64,000 nt of DNA from Macrostomum lignano (Eukaryota). Below, one piece after another: positions 10,780 to 22,121 of this stretch. The position numbers and the translations under genes are program-made. The notes under the pieces were generated by a model. The model saw only the letters and a program-made list of their open reading frames with translations. It did not search any database and was not told where the DNA came from. The DNA lies in assembly GCA_002269645.1 (NCBI GenBank), contig NIVC01001811.1, positions 372,001 to 436,000 of the forward strand. Reading direction: 5' to 3'. The first letter of the stretch is position 1, and every line of letters begins with the position of its first letter.

Positions 10780-12066
10780 ATGAACGACCCACTGACACCA
10801 GTTTTCTACAAAATTAACAAGCCTATTTTGAGTGATGATAGCACAATCAAAGCGACTCAGGTAAGAGTTCCCAGTCAGGAAAATCAGAATGAAACTAATC
10901 TTGGTCCTGGCCAAACACTGACATTTACATACAATGGATGTTCGTCTCTGGTTAGTGTGCACAGTCTTAAGAGCGGCTTCCATATGACATTTCAATTCAA
11001 GACAAAAGGTGGTGCGGATGCGGCTCGTGCTAACGTTGACAAGCATGATGCGGATGTGGCTCTGATCAGTAACTTTTGGGCGTACATGTTCAAGGAGTTT
11101 AGTGTATCGAATGGGAGCACAGAGTTGGAGCGAATCGCCAACTTTGGAATTGTCTATGACGCTCATTGTTTGATCGAGAATCCTGATTTTATTCAGTTGG
11201 GAAGTGGTGCGGGTTTTATTGCAGATGAAAAAGAAGGAGACATCAATGACAGTGGCTATAAAAAGAGGAAGAAGAGATACAACTATGCATTGCAAGGTGC
11301 AGATGATGCTGCTAAGAACCCGCAGTATCGGTCTGTTGATGTATTTGTACCATTGAGATTCATGAGTGGATTCTGTAATACATTTAATCGACTGACTAGT
11401 AACTTTAGCTACACCTTTAGGATGACTAGAGATGATCGCAGTAGAGTGTTGTGGACTGGGGCGGACCACACAAGGATGGAGGTGAAGCTAACCGGAATCG
11501 AGCTGTATTTGGAAGTCATTGAGCCAAAGACTGCACTAAAAGCGGATTATCTCAAGGCAATAGAGAAGGACATTGATGTTGCATACACAGCCTACATGTG
11601 TCGAGATGAGCGAAACGAAACTAGAACAAACATCTGCATTAAAGAGGGATCATGCAGCAATCCAAGGTATATCATTATTAATATGAGAAACCCAAATAGC
11701 ATTATACGCTACATGCATGGAGACGTGCGGTCCATTCAGCATGAAATCAGTGATAATCTTTACCCTGCACTGCCACAAAATGGAGATTTCAGTCAGAACA
11801 AGATTAGCAAATTTTACAGCGAGTTAGTCGACTTGGCTGTGAAAGAGAACAATGGAATTGCTATCACTGCTCTTCAATATGGAACTCTATATCCGATGTT
11901 TGGCGCTGATGTGTCTGCCAGACAAATGCCTACTGATAACAGCCCTGTGAATATCGTGACTAACATTGAAAGGACTGTCGCAACACCCGTGGACCTGTAC
12001 ATTATCTATGCATTTGAGAGGAAGGTGAAGCTTAACATGATCAACAATTCATCCAGTAAAGTTTAA
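10780..12066 (+). CDS. Major capsid protein (double jelly-roll, hexon-like)
   Basis: Open 428-aa beta-rich ORF directly upstream of the penton-like gene, with an N-terminal D-x-[ST]-I motif and C-terminal LYPMFGADVS. Size and position are typical of Polinton MCP. Confidence 0.85.
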   Translation: MNDPLTPVFYKINKPILSDDSTIKATQVRVPSQENQNETNLGPGQTLTFTYNGCSSLVSVHSLKSGFHMTFQFKTKGGADAARANVDKHDADVALISNFWAYMFKEFSVSNGSTELERIANFGIVYDAHCLIENPDFIQLGSGAGFIADEKEGDINDSGYKKRKKRYNYALQGADDAAKNPQYRSVDVFVPLRFMSGFCNTFNRLTSNFSYTFRMTRDDRSRVLWTGADHTRMEVKLTGIELYLEVIEPKTALKADYLKAIEKDIDVAYTAYMCRDERNETRTNICIKEGSCSNPRYIIINMRNPNSIIRYMHGDVRSIQHEISDNLYPALPQNGDFSQNKISKFYSELVDLAVKENNGIAITALQYGTLYPMFGADVSARQMPTDNSPVNIVTNIERTVATPVDLYIIYAFERKVKLNMINNSSSKV

Positions 12067-12091
12067 ATATTTTTTTTTGTGGGTGAAAAAA

Positions 12092-12955
12092 ATGGAAGCT
12101 ATAGCCGAAAGACTAAATAACATTGTTTCACACTCTAAGGAGAGCATTCCTATTACAATAACTGGTCGAATTAATGACTCAAACGGGATGTTTGTTGAAA
12201 AATTAGAGCAGGCGATTCGCCTGGATCCAGGTGCTAATTACCATGTCTATCTTAACGACTTCACCGGTTGGTCAAACGTTCCTAATGTGATGGCAGCAAA
12301 TAATAAGTTTTATTACAAATGGAAAGGTGCAGCAGCAGACCCTGTGGTATTCCATGTGAGCACGCAAAGTGTGGATACCTACAATAACTTTCTAGAAAAT
12401 GTCTTTACTAAGAGAGGCCATTTTGAGACACCTGATGCGAGTAAGCCAGAGAAGAAACTGTTCCCTGTCAAACTAACCTATGATCTCACTGTAATGAGAG
12501 TGGTCATGCAAGTTCACAAAAATGCGGAGGTTGAGTTTAAAGATGACACTTGGTATAGGGAACTAGGATTCGAGAAGAAAGTTTATAAGGCAGAATCCGC
12601 GGCGCAGACCGCCACTCAAGCATCGGGGACTGTTAGAATGGTCCGGGAAAGTGTAAGCGGTTTGTTCTTAGCACCCAATATTGCAGACATTGTAAAGGGT
12701 TTGAATATTCTAATCAGAAGCAATCTCAGTCTTGATTGGGTATTTAAGGGAAAGCGAACGAATATTTTGTACAACATCTCCAACTCTGTTGCTGGAGGAC
12801 AGATGGTGGTAGAGAAACCAAATCCAGTGAAAAGAGTTGTATTGAGTAATAAGGAGATTCACGAGATTGTGCTACAGTTTGAGACTGAAGATGGGATGGG
12901 CGTTGATTTTAATGGGGAAGAGTTTGTATTGACGTTGATCATTGAGAGAATGTAA
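12092..12955 (+). CDS. Minor capsid protein (penton-like)
   Basis: ATG after an A-run at 12092 (the ORF track starts at a non-ATG). Motifs W.NVPNV...NNKFYY, ELGF and VDFNGEE..LTL.I. Confidence 0.85.
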   Translation: MEAIAERLNNIVSHSKESIPITITGRINDSNGMFVEKLEQAIRLDPGANYHVYLNDFTGWSNVPNVMAANNKFYYKWKGAAADPVVFHVSTQSVDTYNNFLENVFTKRGHFETPDASKPEKKLFPVKLTYDLTVMRVVMQVHKNAEVEFKDDTWYRELGFEKKVYKAESAAQTATQASGTVRMVRESVSGLFLAPNIADIVKGLNILIRSNLSLDWVFKGKRTNILYNISNSVAGGQMVVEKPNPVKRVVLSNKEIHEIVLQFETEDGMGVDFNGEEFVLTLIIERM

Positions 12956-12959
12956 GAAA

Positions 12960-13199
12960 TCACAATTGCCTAATGATTTCTGCAAAGTTATAGTAGCTAT
13001 CGTAATCTTTTACATAGGTTACTCCATACTTATGAAACTAATGTCTTTGGAGAGCTAGATTAATATTAGGGACATTGATATCAACGTTGGGCCAATATTT
13101 TCTCATGTACTCGCTGCATTCCTTCTTGCATCGGTACTTACTCTTGTAATTAGGCTCGTGCGCTTTGTAATAAGAACCCGGAGAGACAACTGGAAACAT
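12960..13199 (-). pseudogene. Small Tyr/Lys-rich ORF (79 codons) with one internal stop
   Basis: Manual translation MFPVVSPGSYYKAHEPNYKSKYRCKKEC...LQRH*FHKYGVTYVKDYDSYYNFAEIIRQL*. It has an A-run before the ATG and its stop lies 4 bp from the penton stop. Confidence 0.55.
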
Positions 13200-13339
13200 T
13201 TTTAGAGAAAATTTAATTTTTTTTTCAAAGGGTAAGGACCCTGGGTTAGGGGATTCAAAGTCTTTGGGATGCGTAGCGAATTGCGAATTGAATGTGTGGA
13301 GAAGAATACAGATTGTTTTCTGATTGTTTCGAAGATGCT

Positions 13340-13670
13340 ATGGGTGGATGTCAGTGGATTATGTAGGACACCTGCTATGCTCTGATTCTGTCGTGGAGGA
13401 AGGAGGATAGGTTAGGAGGATTATGTTCGAAGTTTTGTAAGCGAGTGCGACACCTGTTATGCTCTGATTCAGGGATAATATGGATGGATTTAATGGGATT
13501 ATGTTCGAAGTTTTCGGAGCAACTAGGACACCTGTTATGCTCTGATTCTGTCAGGGATAATATGGATGGATTTAATGGGATTATGGAGGATGTTTTGTGA
13601 GCGAGTGCGACCCCCCTTTTTTTCTGATTCTGTCGGGGATAATATGGATGGATTTAGGTGGATTATGGAG
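13340..13670. repeat. Imperfect ~80-bp subterminal repeats (probable Polinton TIR region)
   Basis: Three to four copies of GACACCTGYTATGCTCTGATTC and three of GGGATAATATGGATGGATTTA. Confidence 0.7.
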
Positions 13671-14303
13671 GAGGTGAAAAATTTTGTCCCAGAAGCCCCC
13701 TCATGCCTTCTACTTAAGCTATTTCCACCAAATTTAATCTGCATGTACGGCATGCAGGCGCATTGAGATGTATGACAGCTTGAGTAAAAATGTTTCTTTG
13801 GAGAGCCGCTGTGCTCATCTAAAACATTGGCCTCATGTGGTAAAATAGTTTTGACTTTTATTTCTTCGCTACCACTCCAGATGCTACTTATATAACTCCT
13901 TTTTGCTTGTTCTCAGGCCTCTCGTCTTCGCCTTGGCTTGATAAAAACGCATCCTCAGACTTTATTTTCCATAGAACGATTTATTATCGCGTGTGATACT
14001 ATACTTCATCGGCTGAATTCCAACGGTGTTTGACAACCCTCAAACAACGCTTAACCAACGCTTTATTGATTTATTTTCGATACAATACTCTTACAAGTAA
14101 AAAAGAAGCCCGAAACAAAACGGGCTGGGATAATATTTTTGCATGGTACTACTAACCCCAACTAAACATATAGGCTTAATTCAATTTTATTAGTTGTAAA
14201 ATATGTTTCTTGATGATTCAACAATTCAAGCAATCACTTTAATCTCGTTTTGTGATGGCACTGATGACAGATGAATGAACGAATGTGTCCTTGGCTTGGG
14301 TGC

Positions 14304-14533
14304 TGTTGTGTATTTGCTTTGCTAACTAATTATGGTCATTCATAGACGGACTTTTGATTTAGATATTAGTCTATGGTTCATAGGGATTAAGTTCGACTGT
14401 ACACATTTATTTGCTTCAAGTCTCGATACTTTTCGTTTAAATATAAACAAGCTACAAGCACGCTACCGCTAAGACACTTCAACTTCTAACTTCCCAAAAG
14501 TTTTACCGCCTTCGCGGTATTCAAAACGTAACA
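14304..14533 (+). repeat. 5' LTR
   Basis: TGTTGTG...CGTAACA; three mismatches against the 3' LTR. Confidence 0.96.
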
Positions 14534-14544
14534 TGGCGACGAGG
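14534..14544 (+). promoter_or_regulatory. Primer-binding site TGGCGACGAGG, complementary to the tRNA-Ser(GCU) 3' end
   Basis: Immediately follows the 5' LTR; matches the recalled ...CCUCGUCGCCA 3' end of metazoan tRNA-Ser(GCU). Confidence 0.8.
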
Positions 14545-14606
14545 TAAACACGCTGGAGGTCTTGAGCAAGTGGTATAAAACTGACTACTTCAGACCAGCA
14601 ATTTCA

Positions 14607-17600
14607 ATGGCTCAGTCGTCGCTAGATTTCCGACTCGGAGAACTACCGCTTTCTTATCCTGAGATCGAGCAGTACTTCAAGAGACTGCAGTTTTACCTGG
14701 TGGCTTCACTTCAGGCAAGCGGGAACAATCCAAAGCTGTACTTTTGGCAACGTGCGGAGACGCAGCTTTCACTCTAATAGAGGAGCTTTTAAAGCCAAAA
14801 GACATCGCTAAGGATGAGGTGACTTACGAAAATATTCAGACATCGCTAACGGCACACTTCAAGCCCAAAACGTTACTTCACTACGAGAGGCATGTGCTTC
14901 ATTCAATGGTGCAGAAGGAGGGCGAGTTGATTTCTACCTTCGTTGAAATTCTGAAGCGTCAGGCCAATAAATGCCAGTTCGGCGATCTCCAAGAAGAACT
15001 CATTCCGTCGCAGTTCATATTCGGCCTACGCAATCAAGCACTGAAGCAGAAGCTCCTTTCGAAAGAGGATCTCGCTTTGGCCGCTGCAATTCAAGATGGC
15101 TTGCTGGCCGAATCAATTAATGTGGCTACGAATCCGTCGAACGCAATCGCTGCGGTGCAGAACAAAGTCCATACCGGACTTTTTAAGCAAGAGAAGAAGG
15201 CCCCGGCTTACAATAAACAGCATTACAATTCGGACAATCGCAAGAGACATTCGAAGCCTCATGAAACTGGACAATGCCACACCTGCAGAAAGGTAGGACA
15301 CGTCAGATCAAAGTGCCGCTTTAGGGACGCGCAATGTCGAAAGTGTGGAAAAGTTGGACATCTTGCAGCAGTTTGTCGTTCGAAGACTGTGAATGCAGTG
15401 CAAAACGTAGTAAGATCAGAAGATGCTAGCCATGAGCATGTGGGAGCAGTCTACACAGCAGCTGGCATCGGAGACCCAACGGATCAGTGGTTTGCTACCT
15501 GCAAGATCGGAGATGCGAGCGTTAAGATGCTAGTGGATACTGGGAGTCAAGTTACCATTATACCCAAGAATGTTGCCGATATTTCCAATCTACCATCCAA
15601 ACCGATTTCGAAAATGCTCAGGTCCTACGGTGGCTTTCAGCCCACCATATATTCAGTCATTCCGGATGCAACCATTACTCTGTCTGACAGAAGATACGCT
15701 ATTGGACATGTCTATGTTGGAAACGATTCGATGGCCATTCTCGGCATGGATTTCCTATCGCGCCTAAACCTATTGCACTTCGATAGTAGCATTTCTAAAG
15801 ACGTCCTTTGCCTACCAGTTGTGCGCGATGCAAACGACCGATTTCTTGCGAGTTTCCGCCTTCGCTCGGATGCTAAAATGGAAGGTATGCGGTACCCTGC
15901 CAGATCTCTGCCTTTTTCAATGAAGTCTATGGTAGAGACCGAGCTCAAGAGACTACTGGGTGCGGGAATAATTTACCCAGTTGAAAATCCAACAGTGTCA
16001 GCGCCAATAGTTCCGGTTTTAAAGCAGCAAGGCTCAGCTAGACCAATAAGGCTATGCGGTGACTACTCACTCACTCTGAATCGCATAATTGATGCTGATC
16101 GATACAAGTTTCCGAAGTTAGAAGAAATTCTTTCTAAAATTCCCAATGCGAAGTTCTACTCTGTCCTGGATTTAGAGGAAGCATTTCTACAAGTTGCACT
16201 GTCTCCGGAGAGTCAAGAACTTACCTGCATATCGACTCATATGGGTTATTTTGCATTCAGGAACCTCCAATTCGGAATCTCTGCAGCGCCTCTTATTTTC
16301 CAAGAGGTCATGGACGACGTACTAAGAGACATAGAATGTACAGCGTCATATCAAGATGACATATTAATCGGAACATCCTGTGACCAACAGCAACACATGC
16401 AGGTGCTGAACATGGTAAAGCAACGCTTAGCCGACCATGGGTTCAAGATTAACACGCGCAAGTCTCAGGAGTGTCAACAAAAGGTCAAGTTTCTTGGTTT
16501 CATTCTCCACAACGGAAGGCTCGAACCAGATCCTGCCAGATTAAAGTCGTGGGACAACATGCCAGAACCCGCTGACAAAGACCAATTGAGAAGCGTCTTG
16601 TGCACTCTTCGCCACTATGGCTTATTCTGCAGAAATTTCTCCATCATTGCTCGACCGCTGTACTCGTTGCTGAAGAAGGGACAGCACTGGTACTGGAACA
16701 ACGAACTATCAAAGGCCATCGGGAGACTAAAGCAAAGCATCCGCCAAGGAGCAATCACTGCGTACGATCTGTCAAAACCATTATTCTTGACCTGTGATGC
16801 ATCTAAAAAGGGACTAGGATTCGTGCTCTCTCATGACAGAGAACAGATGCAGATTGTCTGGCTCGGAAGCAGAGTGCTCACGCCCGCAGAGTGCAATTAC
16901 GCTAACATTGAAAGAGAAGCATTGGCAATCGTGGAAGGAGTGAAGTATTTCCATCAGTTTTTAGCTGGAAGAAGATTCACTATTTTATCAGATCACAGAC
17001 CGCTACAGTTCATCTTCAATCACAGCAAATCGTCTGAACGTGTTTCAGCCAGATTGCAACGCTGGTCTCTCATTCTGCGAGCATATGAATACAGCATTGA
17101 ATACGCCAAAGGTAGTACAATGTTTGCTGCCGATACGCTTTCGCGACTTCCGAGTGGTGAATTACTGCCCAATGAATCTGTGAACTTATTGTCGATCAAT
17201 GCGTTGGACAGTTTTGCGAACTCTGATGATTTATTGCATCGCATTGCTACGTCTAACGACCACAACCTTCGGACACTAAAGCAGGTGCGCCCAGTGTCAG
17301 CTTCACGCGAGGAAGAGAACAAATGCGAATTTATCGTCCTGGGAGGATGCGCAGACGTTCTTTGAAAGAGTCCACGCAGACATAGCTATGTTCAAAGGAC
17401 ACAAGTTCCTAGTGCTAGTAGACGCGTTCTCCAAGTGGGTGGATGTTCGACACGTTGATTCACTTAAGTCACAATCAGTGGCTCGGGCGTTTCGACATAC
17501 TTTCAAGTACATGGGTATACCGAAGACGCTGGTGACTGATAATGGTACAAACTTCACTTCAGCTGAATTCGCTACGTTCCTCAAAGAGAACTTTGTGCAG

Positions 17601-18149
17601 CACGTTCTGACTCCACCGGGTCATCATCAGTCGAATGGGCAAGTGGAGCGAGCAATCGAAGAGTTCAAGTTTTACTTGAAAAAGAACAACGCTAGTTCTG
17701 ATACAGCTGAACTAGAGCGACTCATTGTCAGGTTCTGTCTGTTTCAGAATACTACACCGCAATGCAACGGTTCTATTCCTGCTGGTTTGGTGCTTCATCA
17801 ACTTCCTAGAACTCGCCTGTCAAGTGTGTGCACTGACTGGACCAAGCCAAGACAGCAGCCTGACCCAGTTTACATTCGTGTGGAACACAAGGAAGAGAAG
17901 GTTCCGTCCACAGTTACTACTTCTGTCGGGACAAATACATTTCGTGACAACAAAGGTCGTCTGGTTCATCAATCGGACATTACTCCTAGACTACCAACTG
18001 AGACTGACGAATTCAATGCCGACGAAAGTTCAGATCCTATTCCTGAGGACAAGGCTAGCGAGGAGACAGCTGGCAAAGCAACGGCCCCTGCTGAAAACGT
18101 ACGCAGGAGTTCGCGTCAACGACGACCTCCAGATCGTTTCGGTTATTGA
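14607..18149 (+). pseudogene. gag-pol polyprotein, with a frameshift in gag (~14700) and a deletion plus frameshift in the integrase (~17285)
   Basis: CHTCRKVGHVRSKC and CRKCGKVGHLAAVC; LVDTGS; YQDDILI; CDASKKGLG..EREALAI..SDHRPL; VHADI..TDNG..SNGQVER. Confidence 0.93.
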
Positions 18150-18171
18150 CGAATATCAGCATCGGTGGGGG

Positions 18172-18401
18172 TGTTGTGTATTTGCTTTGCTAACTAATTA
18201 TAGTCATTCATAGACGGACTTTTGATTTAGATATTAGTCTATGGTTCATAGGGATTAAGTTCGACTGTACACATTTATTTGCTTCAAGTCTCGATACTTT
18301 TCGTTTAAATATAAACAAGCTACAAGCGCGCTACCGCTAAGACACTTCAACTTCTAACTTCCCAAAAGTTTTACCGCCTTCGCGTTATTCAAAACGTAAC
18401 A
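18172..18401 (+). repeat. 3' LTR
   Basis: 227/230 identical to the 5' LTR. Confidence 0.96.
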
Positions 18402-19159
18402 TAGATTATGTAACAATGCGCCTTAATTTATTTCATATATATTTGTATCTGAACAAATCTATGTAATCAAAGTAATTAAGATACATTCTAAATAATGATT
18501 GACTAAATCTACTATTGAATTAAAACTGGATCGACTGGAACTCTGGAACGGCTATGCAACCCTACAACTACTACAACTACTACGGCGCCTACTACGGAGA
18601 CCTAACACCTGTGACAGTGTGATTCGTAGAAGCGCGTGTATCGTATTTCTTTATTTTCATATGCATACCGTGCTACTACTGTATTCTTCCATTTATTTTA
18701 ACAATATTCGTACGTATTATTATCGCGCTATTTTTACTGTTAATTGCTTTGTTTTTGTAGCCTCGTATGTATTTATTCTATTATTTGTATTTCATTCATA
18801 TCGTTATTATTTATCGTAAAGTAGTTCTACCTATGTACATGTACTGACGTATGTTATTCTTGCATGATATATTTATCGATTGATTTGTACATGTACATTG
18901 CGCGCCGCGTGGGGGGTTTGTCTGGGTTTTGGATTAGGGTCGCTGTTGTTTGTTATCTGTTTACCTTACCAATTAAATATACGCTTGCAGCCAGCCGCCG
19001 CTCTCCCCCTGCTCTCCTGAGTTTTCGCTCCGCTTCTCGCGGGCCCCTTAGCCGTCGCATTCAATTGCTTTAGTCGCACTAAAATTAAGCAGCTACCAAT
19101 CAAAACCTAACCTTCAATTCAACATACCAAATCTGAATCTGCAATTTACGCTCAGTCAG

Positions 19160-19564
19160 TACCGCGAAGGCCACTGGGTTCTGGGTATGGTGCAGCGAGG
19201 AACGAACCGCTGCATGATGGTCGTTGTCCCGGACCGCCGTGCGGAGACCCTCATGCCCATTATTGCCCAGTACATACTGCCTGGCACCAGCATAATCACT
19301 GACGGCTGGTTGGCCTACCAGCAGCTGCCCAATCATGCTGTCGTCAATCATCGACTGAACTTCGTGAACCCGGTGGACCCAACTGTCCACACTAACACCA
19401 TCGAGGGCACATGGGCTCACGTGAAGGCCAAATTCCGCCAGATGCACGGTACATCCGATGGACTGTTTGAGTCACACTTACAGGAGTACCTCTGGCGGCG
19501 CCTCTTCCCGAACAAGACCTTCGGGAACTTCCTCTACTGGGTGTCACATTATTATCCATTGTAA
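19160..19564 (+). mobile_element. Merlin/IS1595-family transposase, 5'-truncated
   Basis: HWVLGMVQR, ILPGTSIITDGW, VNHRLNFVNP and HTNTIEGTW. The first catalytic Asp segment and the TIRs were not found. Confidence 0.85.
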
Positions 19565-21559
19565 TCCATTTCAATTGCAGACTAACAAATTTAGACAGTT
19601 GCTTCCATGTTTATCTTACTCCCTGTTACCCCTTATTATCTATTCTGTCACTTACTAAGCTTAAAGTTACTTAAAAGATATAAAAAAATTAATTTAACTT
19701 GCGAAACTACAGGATAGCCCATTAAACAATATAATATAATTATCTTTTTGACATATGAGCTAAGGCCAAAGGGAGACAGAAGAGGGTTCAAAATTTTTGT
19801 TGTTTACATATAAGGTGGGGGCGGAGAAAGAAAATAAAAATTTGAAATGGGGTTGTTCAGGTTTTCTTCAAAAGCATTGCGTTCGCACAAATCAAGCCGG
19901 AAATCGCACAGACGAATCGCAACAAAATTCTTCTCCTGTTTTACTCCGACAGCCGGGGTCCTCAAGTTCCGGGGCGAGGGTAGTCGTAGGCCCTAATCAT
20001 AGCAGAGCGGTCATGTAGCGGCAAGGTCGTTCAAATCAATGAAACACCATAGTTGAGGTTCCTGACTCTGTAAAATAATGCGTCAAATAGCTGAGTTTGT
20101 TACTTTCAGTAGGGTAGTTGCTACCACCACTGTAATTTACGTAAGGAACAGATAAGTCTCAGAGCTATCTTTGAGATGAGAACTTGGTTATTTTATGCCC
20201 CACGGGCAAATGACTCAAGAAATACTATGGCTGAATGTTAACAAATGAAATTAATGGCTAATTTAATAATGCCAGTTATTATTGAGCTTGGTTTAAGATA
20301 AACAGCAGGCAAGCATGGGATAAGAGATGGATTCGCTTGCTGCGGCGCTGGTACGCTAGGTTGAACTTAATAAACGGAACAGTTAATTAATGAAAACAAC
20401 TATTAAATTGAAGGAGGCGGGGATTCAACAAAATAAGAAGAACAAATGGGTTGGACAAAAATAAAAGGAAAGGGAGAGGTGGTCGTGGTGGTGAAGAGTG
20501 TTTAAGGAAAACAGGGCACAAAAAAGCGGCATAAATAATCAAAAGGGGATGCTGACAAACATTGGAAACAGACGTTGGGCAACAAAATTCACGGGATGGA
20601 ATAGGCTCAAATACATTGGGACACTGCGCGGATAAACAAAATTCAACATAGGGAACGACGAAAAACAGTGAAAGGACATGACTAGGCCACGGAAAGGAAG
20701 GGGAGGTGGGCAAACGATGGACAAAAAAATTGGGGTGAAAAGACAGCAGATGGGACGGTATATTATAGTTTTGATTGCGCTTTAAATTATTAAAAATTAG
20801 GTTCAATCAATTACTTGTGGCATCCCGCCTACCTACCACAACATAGTTAGAGCAAAAATTTTAGCAATGGTATATATTAAATGGTACATTATTTTTTAAC
20901 AGAGTCCTCATTTCATGGCAATCAATGCACTTTTATTATTGGTCATATAAATGCCTAGACTAGATTCTTAGATAGAACTTGGTTGGTTGGTCATCTAGCA
21001 ACTAGGACTGGTTAGGCCTAACAAGGGTAATTACCTTTATTGGACTTAAAATAGTATCTACCTATAGAGTGGCTGCTTGAGCTAGGCCTAACAAAATAGA
21101 TAGTAATCTAAGGTGCTATCAATAGGTCTAAGAATACCTATTAATTTAAGCAAGTTGAAAGCTTCAACATGATAGCTCTTCAAATAAGACCATATGCCTT
21201 AGTAGCCTTCAATCATTAGGGATACCAACTAAACTGTGGAAACTGTGCAGATAGGCCTATGGAATGGATTACAATCATTTCGGTGACAAGACGATTCGGT
21301 AACAGTTGTTTTGGTGACAAGCAAAAGTTATTTCAGTGACAAACAATAGTCATTTTGGTGACAGGGCTAATTGTTACATTGGGTAGCAGATTTAGAAACA
21401 TTTATTTAAAAATAAACCTTATAAGTTTTTTTCCTTATTTGAGGCCTTACTAAAATGGTTTATCAGTTTTGTATTTCATTTTGTTTTTTACTCCAATGCA
21501 GTTTGGTCAATATTTCGTATATGATATATACCGCATATTATACCCCTTCTGCACCTTGG

Positions 21560-22121
21560 TTGGATAGTCATTGCTAGAAAAGCACTAGACTGTCAACTGA
21601 CGCTTTGTCTCTGGGTCATACTGGTACACCTAGGTCTCATCCCGACTAACAATGTCAAAAACTTTCTTTGATGCTCTGCCGACAAATTCTTTTAGCATTT
21701 TCTTGCACCAGTCCACCCTGACCCATCTCTGCTCCTGAGACAGCATATGAGGCACCCATTGAATGCACAGCTTCTGCACTGCAGACCCAGGTGTTCATAT
21801 AGGATAAAGTGCACCTGCCTCGATCCAATGCCTAGTTGCAACTGACTTGTCGTAGGTTATGTGCCTATTCTGGTTTACCAGTTGCTCAGCTTCATTGATG
21901 TTGTGCTGGGTTATAGCTGTTAAGGGCCAACCACTGCGACCTTCATCATTCAGGCAGGTGCACTGCAAATGAAACTCGCGATGCCAGTTATACATAGTTG
22001 CTTGAGATGGAAACTCATTAGGGAAGGTGGTTGCAAGCCAAGAAAAACATTTTGCTAGCATCAGGTTGCACTTGAAGTCATAGTATATCATTGCACAAAA
22101 ATTGCGATTTTCAAGCTCCAC
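21560..22121 (-). mobile_element. Decayed mariner transposase, N-terminal half
   Basis: MELENRNFCAMIYYDF..YNWHREF..DEGRSGWP, followed by frameshifted ..DET*VYQYDPETKRQ. Confidence 0.85.

Larger units (their letters stand above)
1..13714. mobile_element. Polinton/Maverick (adintovirus-like endogenous dsDNA virus); left end lies outside the window, right end tentative
   Basis: Compact, intronless, AT-rich gene cluster with integrase, pPolB, adenain, A32 ATPase, and major and minor capsid genes. Subterminal repeats at ~13340-13670 and a candidate terminus ...CTTCTACT at 13714. Confidence 0.95.
14304..18401 (+). mobile_element. Ty3/Gypsy LTR retrotransposon, Mag-like (4098 bp)
   Basis: Two 230-bp TG..CA LTRs, PBS, short G-rich PPT (18164-18171), and gag-PR-RT-RH-IN order with two CCHC knuckles and C-terminal RRSSRQRRPPDRF. 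Confidence 0.96.

Noticed and set aside
10753-11469. 238-aa antisense ORF over the major capsid gene, and similar shadows over gag-pol, mariner and host exons
   Set aside because: No recognisable motifs; explained as antisense shadows of real genes.
14005-14040. Minus-strand VKHRWNS resembling the hAT transposase RWNS motif
   Set aside because: A single short motif surrounded by stops, with no other hAT features.
18409-18616. Possible second solo LTR (TGTAAC...GTGACA with ATTAAA) next to the Gypsy 3' LTR
   Set aside because: No TSD and ambiguous ends.
20387-20806. Purine-rich tract and its 139-aa minus-strand ORF
   Set aside because: Low-complexity composition, non-ATG start and no domain.
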